Source of the DNA: Azolla caroliniana
Lineage: Eukaryota > Plantae > Polypodiophyta
Assembly: GCA_043228905.1 (NCBI GenBank)
Contig: JBHGNT010000008.1
Location: forward strand, 7,130,001-7,194,000
Reading direction: 5' to 3'
Length of the DNA: 64,000 nucleotides
Numbering within the stretch: the stretch's first letter is position 1; each line of letters opens with the position of its first letter. The translations under genes were made by a program, and so were the position numbers. A model generated the notes under the pieces. The model saw nothing but the letters and a program-made list of their open reading frames with translations. It did no database searches and had not been told where the DNA came from. Of this stretch, positions 1 through 12,496 are shown piece by piece.

Positions 1-190
1 AGAAGAGCCTAAACCAGAAGAAACTCAAAACCCTAAAGCCCTTCCCCCCCCCAAACCCTAAATCCTTAACCCCAAAACTCGAAATCCATTTATCCCCCAA
101 TTCCCAAACCTACAAAACTCTAAGCCCAAAACGTCCAAACCCGAAAATCTAAACCTTACAAACCCCCAGAGATTCTAAATCCTAGAATAA
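1..190. repeat. Degenerate telomere-like (AAACCCTA) short repeats upstream of SS1
   Basis: Several AAACCCTAAA/AAACCT/AAAACTC variants; not a pure TTTAGGG array. Confidence 0.5.
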
Positions 191-232
191 AAAAAGAACT
201 CAACACAATCTATCTTCTTTCTCTGCTGTAAA

Positions 233-3200
233 ATGATAACTGCATTCAAATCCTGGCTAGTCATGCATCCAACATGCTCTTTTCCCTCGGATTTGAACTG
301 CTCTGTTTTCCAACCAGATGTTACCAGCTTTTTGTGCTCATCCAAGAACCTTCTCTATCATAATTATAACCTTAATAGAATTCAGTATCATAATCATAAG
401 GAGAAGAAGAAGCTTTGTAATTGTTATACACTTGCCCGCCTTACCACAAGCTCAACTTCAGGCGGCGAGAAGAAAAGAACAAGCAAAGATGCATCCTTTC
501 AATCTACAGATGTTGTTAGTTCTGTCACTAAATTATCTTCACCTTCAAGTATAGGGAAAGAACAAGCCCTCCTCTCAGAGCAAGGTAAACATTCTAACAG
601 TTAATCTCCATCTCAAATATTCTCTTTCCCCAATATTCTTTCCTGCCTGATTTTTTTGATATTTTGCACACTATGGAGATGTCTTAAGTTTCTTTTATGT
701 GTATAAAGGACATGCTATTCTGAGGATTTCTAAAGTCATTTACATGATGTATAAAGAGAAATGTTATTTCAGTCACATCCAAGGCCTCTTATCCGATGTA
801 TAAATGCAATGCTATTCAATCTGGTCACATAGAAGGCCTTTTATGTGATGTATAAACGCAATGCCACCCATTCCGAGCACTATCAGGATTTGAACGTAAC
901 ATTAGGAGCCTTTGTACCTGATGCAGAGCATATGATTGAGCCTACCTAGGTATGTGCTGAACCGTTTGCTGTAGTAGAAACTCATAAGGTTGAACATTGT
1001 GGTGAGAAACTTAGGTGCAAAGTGGGCTTGTTTGAATAATCATAGAGAAGCATGAGGGGTATGAGATCTGACTGCCCACATGGGAAAATGCTGTCTACAG
1101 AAGTACATGATGAGGGGAATGTTGTAGGCATAGTTGTAAAATACTTAGCATACAATACGTGCACTAAGTATTCTTCCTTTTCTTAATACTTAGCATACGT
1201 ATTCTAAAGGTAAAATATGTAGAATACCTTAGCTACCTAGAATACGCCCAATTAATTTCTCACATGGGAAAATTTGTCTGCATAAGTTCACAATGTCGAA
1301 CATTTTTGGAGAGGGAAAGTGTATAGTTCTATCTTTGCAGCCCCATCGTCCCCCTTGGAACTAGCTAAGTATGCTGTGGTTCCCCTCTGTAAGCGCATTA
1401 ACCACGAAAAATGAGTAAATATGTGATCTTTCCCATATGCGGAGCTTTCTAAAACGTCTTGCGCATGCTCTTTTCTCCCCTCGGAGGCTCTGTTGTATAT
1501 CATATCCTGATCTGATAAGTAGCATAATTATTGACAGTTAACTTAGTTATATGAGAGACTAGAAACAATACTGTGATCCATGGTGTCAGATTATGCACAA
1601 GATACAGCCATCCGTAGACAACATGTAGAAATGTATCCATGTCTCATTACCTTCAGTGCATGGGAGATGGAACATGTGGAAGAGGGAAGCCTGTAAGCAT
1701 GGAAGTACAACCTGTTCGTTGCAAAGCAGGTTTGATTCGGAAGTATTTTTGGACCATAGTGTCAAATATCAATTTCCTGGGTGTTAAAGCTATCCAGACT
1801 ATATGCTCATGGGGTTTCCTTGGGGCATAGCCATCCATTTCCGTCATGTACATTATCGATCCATGCCGCATTGGCTTGAGTTTCAAGAGCATGGAATGAT
1901 GAACTTGTGCAAGATGGATGCCATCCCATCATATATATGATCTATAGATCAGCTAAAATCACAATTATTCACGCTTTATTCTAATTGAGCTTATTTTACC
2001 TGTAATTTGACTCACAGCACAAAACTAATGTGGTGTCTGGCTTCAGGGCAACCGATCTCTCGTAAAGCTACTGAACACAGCAGCCTTCATAGTGCTGAGC
2101 TTGCTCGTGGTGATCTCAAAGAAAGTGGCAAGCTTACAAAGCATCCTTTCAACATTGTATTTGTATCAGCAGAAGTGGCACCTTACTCTAAAACAGGGGG
2201 ACTTGGCGATGTTTGTGGGTCATTACCCATTGCCCTTGCCGCAAGAGGTAACAGAGTAATGGTAATCTCTCCTCGTTACATGAATGGAGTTGATGATTCT
2301 AATTTTTCTGGAGCTTTCGATGCACAATGTCGCATCAAGATTGGTTGCTTTGATGGCGAACATGAGATTGCATTCTTCCATGAGTTTCGAGCTGGTGTTG
2401 ATTGGGTATGTCTACAACCTTTGTCTTTTTTGTTTGCTACCATAAAGAATATATGGTAGTGCAGGACAGTTTTCTGCATACAATCCTTAAGTTCTATATA
2501 GAAAAGTCTGCTTTGACACTGGAAAATCTTGCTATATATATATATATATTTCATGTATGCCAAGGTTCTTGGTATAAAATAGGTCAGTAAGATCTTTAAA
2601 ACATCTCGTGACAGGTGTTTGTTGATCATTCTTCTTACCATAGACCAGGAACCCCATATGGTGACACGAGAGGTGCTTTTGGTGACAATCAGGTATATTT
2701 CTTGTAGTTTCCTAAGCCGTTCTATCATAAAATCATGTCACATGTATGATGATCTTTTTTTGTGGTATAATTTCAGTTCCGATTCACCTTACTGTGCCAT
2801 GCAGCATGTGAAGCACCTTTGGTTTTGCCACTAGGAGGTTATACATATGGCGAAAAATGTATATTCATTGCTAATGATTGGCATGCCAGTCTTGTACCAG
2901 TGTTAGCAGCCTATGCTCTAGCATCTAAACTCTATATATAATTGCTGATAAAAAAATTGATGTCCACTTCTAAAGCATGAACAATATTTCCGTTTAGATT
3001 GTTGGCATCGAAATACCGAGCATATGGAGTTTATAAGGATGCAAGGTCTATACTAGCTATACACAACCTTGCACACCAGGTATTGTATGAGCCTGGTGCC
3101 GCCATTGTTTTGTAACTGTGTTGTTCATATTATTTTGTAAGTGACTGCTTTGGACTCATTTTTTGTAGGGTGTGGAGGCTGCAACAACCTATAGCAAGCT

Positions 3201-6200
3201 AGGGTTACCTGGGGATTGGTATGGTGCCCTTGAATGGGTATTTCCTACCTGGGCGAGGAAACATGCGCTTGATAAGGGTGAAGCCGTGAATCATTTAAAG
3301 GGTGCTATTGTCACTGCGGACCGAATAATTACCGTAAGCCAGGTATTAGATAATTGGATGTGATTTTGTGTTTTGAATAGACTGATTGATTATGTATAAT
3401 TCTCTTGATGGTCATCTTCGGCTATCATAAACTTTAATATGCAATGAATAGATTTCCAAATGGGTTTCTTATATCTAATTCCATATGTATCCTAATGAAG
3501 ATTCAAAGCTAAACTAATGGCATTCAGTCTCGTCAGATCTTGATTCTTGTCATACAAAATGTTGTTGGAGACCTCTTTATATATGATAATTAACTGGACC
3601 TTATAGCTCTTATATAGAACTCTTTGTTGTTACAGAGTGGTCATGTAGAACAAACATCTTTAGTATTCATATAGAAATAATAATTTATCTGTGAATACGA
3701 ATTACGTAATGTGACTTTGTTGTGTGTACAGGGATATGCATGGGAGATAACGACGATAGAAGGAGGCTGGGGTTTAGATGGTCTCCTTAGGTCCAGAAAT
3801 TCAGTGATCAATGGTATGGTTTAGATGGTCTTCTTAGGTTCAGAAATTCAGTGATGAATGGTAAACTATCATTTTAATCCAAACAGTTTTGTGCTGAATA
3901 TTAATTACAAATAGCATTCTATTCCAAATAGTTTTGTGGTCAATAATAATACAAATGGTATACTGGCATTTAGGTTCAGTTTGAAAGAGTGTTATATCAA
4001 ATGTTTTCGGATTATGTTTGCTAGGCATCACCAATGGTATTGATGTGGATGACTGGAACCCATCCACAGATAAACATGTTGCTTCTCCATATTCTTTAGA
4101 TGATACATCAGGAAAGGTATTATTAATTTTCTATAATTTAGAGATTGTCCTTGTCATGCTAAACTTCTGAGTTTTTATTTTTGAAAGTGAAAATGCTGAG
4201 TGTATAGGCAGAATGCAAAGCTGCTTTGCAGAAGGAGCTAGGGCTAGCTATTCGGTCAGATGTCCCATTGGTGAGAATGATATCTCAGGGTTTTTAAACT
4301 TTATATGATTATACAACTGTATTTGCTCTTTCTTTTCAACCCTTCACGTGGGTGCTTTTAAATTACTAAATATATGTGTAAATATTATTTTTTTAATGCG
4401 GAGTTTTATTGCAGATTGGATTTATTGGACGTTTGGATTATCAAAAAGGGCCCGACATCATACAGGCTGCTTTACCAGAACTAATGGATGACGATGTACA
4501 AATGGTAAATTCTAAGTTCAAGCTGGAAAAAAGATCAGGAATACCTTGCAAAAAGGACTAAAAGCAACATATACGAGATAGAAATAATATGTTGCTGTCT
4601 CATTGTAGAACAAGAAGTCAGAAATAATCTTACCAGAACTGCAAGCACCAAACACCTTTATCATCAATCTAGATGGTTGATTGTTGTAAATCCATCTTAT
4701 AGACCATTTTATATCCCCTTCAGTTCAGGATGGAGGTGTTTCGGAAGAGATCATGGTATTGGAACTGAAAGAGATTTTGTGAAGATGATTGGAGGAAATA
4801 TCTTCTAGTTGAAGAATCATGTCAATGGATCATGACAAGCTGTGCCAGAAAATTTTAGCTCATCTCATGGACATCTGTTCATATGATGATGACACTAGAA
4901 TGCGAATAATCTGAGCAGTCATTGTGATTCAAGTTCTTATCATCCAACTTGATGATATCTTTGAAGTCACACTCACACAAGTTTTGAGGTTATCAATTAG
5001 TCCTCTTTTTGAGAGAATCAATGTTAGTAATACGTGAATCTTAACAAATTGGGTGAGAAGTTGTAGAGACAAGCAATCAAAGGTGTATACGCATTGATGT
5101 AGTGAAAATAAGGTACAACACTTCCTACGAGATAAAATGTTGGAGCAGCTCATAGTACTAGGCACAGGTGGATTTGCATTATTATGTGTATTAAGATGGT
5201 AGAAAACATGTAACAACTCTTCATTACCAAGTAAGAAATTTTGAGCAGTTTGTAAATGAGATAGAATTGGGTGGCTTAGCTATAACAGAAGAGAAATAAT
5301 GGGCATGGTTGCTAGAACACGTTAGCTAGTTGTGCCAAGTCACCTGGCCTGTTTCGGACATAATCTTTGTGTGAAACTCACTCATTATCAAGGATGATAC
5401 AATTGTACAAGTTGAAGTGAGTTAGTTGGGCTGAGGAGTTATGAGGATTTGTAAAAGGAAGGATTCATCCCCTAAGCAAATGTGGTTTATATATATCTTT
5501 CTTTCTTTGATGCTCTTTGAATTTTGTTTTTTCTCTCTTCTATGCTTTTTGCAAATCCATCAAAAGAGTGATACTAACCTCATATGTATGTCAGTCTTTA
5601 ATTTTGCTTTTCCATTTGTAGGTTATGCTCGGTTCTGGAGATGGATCAATCGAGGCATGGATGAAGTGGGCAGAAACAACTTATCAAGACAAGTTTCGAG
5701 GATGGGTTGGATTTAGTGTCCCTGTTGCTCACCGCATAACGGCTGGGTAAACTTTTTAATATATTCAATACTAGTAAATAGTCTTGTTTTTTCCCTTTGA
5801 TTGTAACTATTATTATCATTACTGTTTTATACTTTCATCCACCAGGTGCGACATACTGTTGATGCCCTCAAGGTTTGAGCCATGTGGTCTTAATCAATTA
5901 TATGCAATGCGATATGGTACAGTACCAGTTGTTCATTGTACCGGTGGACTAAGGGTATGGTTTTATATTGACAGATCTGAGGAATTTACCGATAGATTTC
6001 CTCCTTTTTTCTTTGATTCCCCTAATTATCCCTCACATTTTTGTCTCTATAAATTCTCTCTCTCTCTCTCTCTCTCTCTTTGTGTCTGTACAATTTGCTC
6101 AGTTCAAGAGATAAATTGGGGAGACAGAGAGAAGAGATCAAAACTGTAGAGAAAGAGGAGAGCTAACATTATATAATTTATAGATAAAGCAAGAACGTGT

Positions 6201-7539
6201 AACTACGAGGGGGTAATCTCTGGATTTCTTTAAAAATGAGTGCTATTTTTTGTGGAATTCTCTAAAAGATTAGCTTTAGCTTTAGAAAAATTAATTGCAG
6301 CTTTATTACGTTGTGTTGATATAGATAAATGCTGAGTTTTGGTCCAGGACACTGTTGAGAATTTTAATAGGTAAAGATTTGCTTATAATAAATGCCGAAT
6401 TTTGGTCCAGGACACTGTTGAGGATTTTAATCCATTTGCAAATTCTGGAAAAGGAGCTGGGACAGGGTATGTCTTAACGTAAAGTTGTAGTTAAAAGTGC
6501 ATTTGAAATTCTGCTCTTATGATTTGCACACATAAAATAACATGGTGAAACTCTTAAAAATTATCCCTCTTATGATTTTTCAGTTTATTTCCCCAAAATG
6601 CATCAATGTTTTTTTATTTCTCAAAATGTTCCTTAAGCTTTTCTAAAAACCCTGCTATGTCAAATAGTCAGTTACTTTCGATGCCCAAAGTGATCAGTCC
6701 ATCTACATGACACGTGTTTTTCCCTTTCAATGCTCAAACTGATCAGTCCATCGACATGGCACATGCTTTTCCAAACGTCTATAGGTTGATTTTCAGCATT
6801 CCTTGACCTGACATTCTTCTTTTTGTAGAGTCTCTTGCAAGTCATTTAGCTGTAAAATTTTCTCCCTAGTTCCACAATTATTCTCATAAAGTTGTTTGCA
6901 TATTTCGTGAAAAATGAGGGGAGTGTTTGGGTACACTTCCCTTCAATTGATCTAGTTGGGGTTTTTGGATCTTTGGTACATTAGTAGTGTCATAGATATA
7001 ATAGGCTCTACAAACCACATTACACTGCATGGAGAAAGTTGTCACTGCAATTGCTGATGGGCAATAGTTCTGTTTTGTTTCAATATTATGTTTTATTACA
7101 AGTGATTGCTAACAAGATATAACTTTTGTGTCAGCGTAAAAATTGCATATGCCTGCTACTTCTGAGTAAGACTATATTGAAAATCAATTATAACTGGTTT
7201 TAAATAATTTATTGCAGATGGACTTTCTCTCCCCTCACCAAGGATGCCATGCTAGGGGTAAAATTGAATAAAGCTTTGTGTTGATTTCTTCATATACATA
7301 TACAAAGATTACTACATAATACCATAGTTGTAACTCTATAATACAAATTTTGATTGTCAATGAGTGCATATTTGTGCATTTAGGTGTTGAGGACATCTAT
7401 CGAGACCTTCCGAGAACACAAAGAATCATGGGAAGGTATAATGCGTCGAGGCATGGAACAAGATATCTCGTGGGACCATGCAGCCTTACAATATGAGCAT
7501 GTTTTTGAATGGGCAATGATAGATCCTCCGTATGCATAA
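233..7539 (+). CDS. SS1: Soluble starch synthase I (GT5), plastid-targeted, 15 exons, ~660 aa
   Basis: GT-AG exons in consistent phase: 233-584, 2047-2405, 2615-2692, 2777-2901, 2998-3079, 3169-3342, 3732-3813, 4025-4116, 4208-4270, 4415-4504, 5622-5746, 5846-5954, 6411-6466, 7218-7257, 7384-7539 (1983 nt). Motifs [63 protein letters not shown]-terminal DPPYA. Ser-rich N-terminus resembles a transit peptide. Confidence 0.95.
746..875. repeat. ~50-bp degenerate tandem triplication in SS1 intron 1
   Basis: Three GATGTATAAA-initiated units sharing GTCACAT..AAGGCCT. Confidence 0.5.
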
Positions 7540-9055
7540 GCGTCAAATTTTGCTGGTCTAGGTTGGATGTTAGACTTACTTTCTGATGTGGTGTTATGTG
7601 TAGGATTGAGTTTTCTGTATTGATTCATTCTTAAATATATTTGTATATGGAATAATAATTGTGGATATACTCTTGTCAATTTATGATACCAATAATCTTT
7701 TTGTTTCCATTTTATTTTACTTGCATGTTTACTCCAGTTACTTGGATATTTCGTAGATGATTCTGGCCTAAGATAAGCTTTTGTTAGTAGACGAACATTG
7801 TTTCGCCTAAACTATATGCAGAAATTAGACATGCAGGATGCATTAGCTTCCAGATATGGTGTCGAAAGTATTGAGACTTTCTGTGATGAAATGTAAATGT
7901 AAGGGGTTGCAATGGCCATGGAGACGAAATCAGAATGTTTCTGCTAGCACAACTTTTCTTACGAGTAATATTGCTGGAAGCTCAAGTCTTTTTACTAGAT
8001 CTTTTTAAGTACAGAAATGGATTATGCAAACACTTTTGTGCGCAGAAAACTAGAAGTAACATTATCATGACTCACCATGGAACATATTTCGTAAGAAAAT
8101 TTGATGTAACTACCTCCTTGTCAAGATCGTGTTGTGAGTTAGAATGGTCACCTTGGTCTCACCTCATGCATTGAGATACCTTAACATTTGGGAGTATTGT
8201 TTCTTATTTACATTATTGGAAATGATGTTGTGTCTAATTCAATTGCAATGGTGTCTTCTGTATGAAATATACTAGAATATATTATTGACTATTCACCTTT
8301 GATTGGAAAAAGAAAAGCTCTGCATGTTGTGGCATGTGTAGTTATTTGTAACATGTTTGTGTTCAACATAAGATTTTAACTTTGAGAAAGAAAATAATGG
8401 TCACTAGGTTCTTTGTTAGAAAAAGAGGGGTGACATGAATGTTCATAAGGGATGCCATAGATAGCTTGTAGTCTCACTTGGACACCCTCTTGTATAGGTT
8501 CTTTGTTACTTCTTGAGTAGGACTACACATTTTTACATGGGTGATTTGGAAGAAGCAATTTGTATGGGGCAATCCAAAATTATGAAAAACTATACAACCC
8601 CTAATTATGTGTGAAAACTTAACAAACCCTTATATGGCCCAAAAAAATCCTTGAAGATAGTGATATGCCAAGATTCACAACTTCCTTTTATGAGCCAACT
8701 TTTAACAACTTCAATCGGAACCTAATCTATATGTGAGGGAAACAGAGATAAAGTTCCTACTCTTAGGAGTATATGTTAGTGCTCCATATCGTTAGGACAT
8801 TTGAAGCGGAAGTCATCAAATTTATTTTAGTATTACGACAAGAACTCCCTGTTAAGTCAAGCCACTAGAACATTGTCTTGGAGTTCATGTGAAAAGGAAT
8901 CCAACTTCTAGGAACACTCTCTCTCATAGCAAAGTTTTGTTGACAATATACTAACCAAGTTTGATATGATTGAGTGTTCTCCAATCTCGACAAGTGTTGG
9001 GGAGTATTTAGTGCCTCATCAACTACACTCAACTTGACCTATCTGCTGCCACTAG

Positions 9056-10178
9056 TAACAATCGGCAACGGTTCGGTTTGAACCTAAATGAACCGTGAAA
9101 CCGCGACTTAACGATTTAAACGGTTTGGTTTGGTTTAGTTTAGGTTCAAGTTTTTTTAACGACTTGGTTTCGGTTCGGTTTTAATGATTTGAAACCATGG
9201 TTTAAATGGTTTGATGGTTTTTAAATATATTTTTTAAACAACCTTTTCAGTTTTAAGCCTAATTCTCACTCTCTTTTTTTTTCCCCAAAAAAACTTCTTC
9301 CATAAGTTATAAAATTTTACAAATGAGACGATTATGTACAAATCCCTGTAGGGACGCGATAGTTCCATCTTATGTGGATGCCCACTGACTCAAGAAAGGG
9401 AGAGGATGGCCATTGTTGGATGAAGGCTATTCGTTGTCTTTCCACTCCATCGGAGCCGCCCTAGAGGCCATCATATTGGCTCTTTAGAGTGGCTACAATT
9501 TCACTCCATATCTCTTGCAGTAGCCTTGTTGGATGCACGGTTTGGTTGGAGAAGACCCGTCTACACCGTTGTTTCCATAGAATCCAAAGAGTTATTGGGC
9601 TGACCAATTCCAACACAGCTTGGGCTTTGTCATTAAGAGGAGTTGAGTGGACATTGCCGCTGGTGGAGAAAGAAACCTTTTGTGCTTTTATCACCAAAGT
9701 TATCCCCTCCTCCTGATGCTCGTATCTGCCAACTGGGGTTTGCCATGATAGCCAACATATATTTCCCCACTTGATGGAGCCTTGCACTTGGCATAATTGC
9801 AACAAGCGGCCAACCCCCCGCCATATTTGATGGGACGTCGGGCAGTCCCACAGAGCATGTTGTATTGATTCTACTGCATGTGGGCACTCTACTCAATTAG
9901 GCCTAATTCTCACATTTTAGGAAAAATCTTTAAATTTTGAAATAATGAAAATTTTCAAAATGTAAAATTGAAAATTTGAATTTTGATCTAAGTTGAAAAC
10001 CGAAACCAAACCACAAAATTGCGGTTTTAATAGTTTAATGGTTTAATATTTTGGATTGTTTCCTAATGGTTCAGTTTGGTTTAAATGGTTTTGGTCTCAT
10101 GGTTCAGTTCAAGATTCAAAATTTTAAATTGTTTGGTTTTGACACTCTTGAACCGAACCGGACTGTCGTCGATTGTTA
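9056..10178. mobile_element. hAT-type non-autonomous DNA transposon (MITE)
   Basis: Termini TAACAATCG...CGATTGTTA, AACCG/CGGTT-rich subterminal regions, 8-bp TSD GCCACTAG (9048-9055) / GCAACTAG (10179-10186). Confidence 0.8.
9270..9900 (-). mobile_element. 5'-truncated L1-type LINE
   Basis: 13-bp TSD GCCTAATTCTCAC (9257-9269, 9901-9913); T-rich left end equals the A-tail; ORF 9461-9805 has the LINE ORF2 C-terminal motif LWILWKQRCRRVF. Confidence 0.8.
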
Positions 10179-10739
10179 GCAACTAGATTTCTATCAAGGA
10201 TACCTCTCAATCCACGTTTGGCTATGTATTTCTATTTGTAGGTGATGTCACTTCATGGCGAACTCAGAAACAAGCTGTAAATTATGACTCTCTTTTCTAC
10301 TAAAGCAGACTACACAACATCTAGTGTCACCACCAATGAAGGATTATTGTTGAAGTCTATCATTGATGAACTAGCCATCCTCAAAATCTTTGAATTTAAG
10401 TTAAGGTGTGACAACCAATGTTGCATCAAAATTATTAAGGACCCCATGATCTCAAGAAGAACAAGGAGATATGAGCATGCCATCTCTTCATTTTAGAACT
10501 TCTTGAAGAATATAACCTCACGATTGGACATGCTTCAACACAATCCATGTGGTATATATATATATATATAATAGAGTATTTTTACATTAAGTTGTTACAT
10601 TGAGTTCTCACTATAATAGAGTCTTCTTAATAAAAAAGTTCCCTCCTTTCTATTCCAACTCTTCTTTTACTTTGCTCCAGTCTTTCTTACAACCTACAAG
10701 TGTCTCATTCTTTATAATGTAAAAGTGGAGTATGGAAGA

Positions 10740-11600
10740 ACATGAAATAGGACGTGTCGTGGAAACTAGAATGTTGATTGAGGGTAGCCGACATAGGTAG
10801 GATTTGTCAAAGCTAGAACTCTATTGCAACTACCACAAAGAATCTGGTGTTCCATGGGCAAATCAAGCACATAGAGATCCAATACCACTTCATATGAGAG
10901 TTCATTTCGAATGAGAAGAAAACCAGGGTATTATCACATAGAGCACAATAGTGTGGGGTCTCTTTATGAAGTTCCTAGGAATTGGGAGTGAATTAAGATG
11001 TTGCAAATTGTTAAGTTGGAGAGAAGATCATTTTCAAATGATGCACGAGTGCAAGCAATCAAATGATTTAGAATGCCAAAGATCAAATGATGTGACGGTA
11101 CATTATGTATTTGAATGAAAAAGAGAATAATTCCGAATCCAATTAAATGATGTGTTTGTATAGGTTAAATGGCACTTGAGCAGTGTTATGTGCGAACAAG
11201 CACCAAGGGACCCTAACACATGCAATCAATGGAACACGAATGGCTTTGAATAGTAGACAAGTTAGTCACTTGGACTAACAACCTATTGTACAAAGGGAAC
11301 CTTAGAATGTAATGTAGGGTTAACCATTCACTTCACTTCCTATGCTGTATCATTAGTTGCTCGTATTTAGAAGCACATGATCTACATATACCTCCCATCT
11401 TATCAAATTGTATTGTAATAATCGTTCTTTTACACTCTACTTAGTGCGAATATACGTCTTGTAATTTCCTATACCTTATGTATTAGTTTTGTGATTATCT
11501 TGTGATTCCTCCATTATTTTCGCAAGTTATCAAGACATTCTTTTGGACAGTCTTGCAAATATTTTTGGAATTCCGAATGCGACCACTTGGTATGATCCAA
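10740..11600 (+). mobile_element. Second copia RNase H 3' remnant with probable decayed LTR
   Basis: KHIEIQYHFI motif at ~10865-10895; PBS-like TGGTATGA at ~11588. Confidence 0.45.
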
Positions 11601-12496
11601 TGCATCACGAGTACATGATTTCAACCAACAACATAATTTCAATGTAAACTTCTCCAATACGTGTTTCTTTTTACATGTATATTATTAATTTGAAACTAGA
11701 CATTAAATGAAAGGAGATCATAAGTTCAATGCATATATGTATAGTGAATCCCATGAGATTTTCCATTGGTTTGATTCATTGACATATATTTTGGACACCC
11801 GAGTTCATCAACAGACCATCCAAATAGAGACTATTATGTAGTCGATGTAGGATTTTAGTCGACTTAGGATTGAGATTACCCGGGAGATTGTGGAAATCTA
11901 ATTAATGGTGTTAGGCAAGTTTAAGATTCTAATTAAATACAATATACACTAATTACTAGGAGCATTATTGTGAGTTTCCCTTAATTAAACTATTAATATG
12001 GATACCTATGTCAAAGTTACTACTAGTACTTTAAAATGCAAATCACATTAGAATTTTCTGAATGATAATATTATTTCTAATTACCTTCTAATTATGTTAA
12101 GAAACATGGCAATTTTTGGGGGTCATCATCTCCACTAATTATTGTATTCTACTGAGTTCCCTCATGATTTGGAGGATATATATCAATATGCGTGTAAATT
12201 GTTGGCTTAACTCTAAAGCCTAAAGCCTAAAGCCTAACCCTAAACCGGTAGGTAGGTAGCAAGCTAGCTGGGTGGATTCGAACCATGGACCTCATGCTCT
12301 GGATTATTCATCAAGGATAATGACACATTCACCGGATTATCTAATGCTGCAGATTGATCATCATCACCTACAAAATACAACAAAAACCAAACTTAAATTC
12401 ACATTTTAATGGAACATACCAAAAAAAAAACTCTGTCTCTATCTCTACATGTCTCTCTCTTTGTGTATTTATTATATGCATAATTATGTTATATAC

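Larger units (their letters stand above)
8400..10560 (+). mobile_element. Degenerate Ty1/copia RT-RNase H remnant, split by a MITE
   Basis: Frameshifted FLHGDLEE..MGQ and KPLYG. After removing the MITE it reads LDLSAATRFLSR, then GYVFLFVG..SWRTQKQ and CDNQCCIKIIKDP. Confidence 0.7.

Noticed and set aside
1-190. True telomere or chromosome end
   Set aside because: Repeats are short, degenerate and directly upstream of a gene.
4620-5450. Gypsy integrase remnant in SS1 intron 10 (SSYHP-like peptide)
   Set aside because: One weak motif only; too decayed to call.
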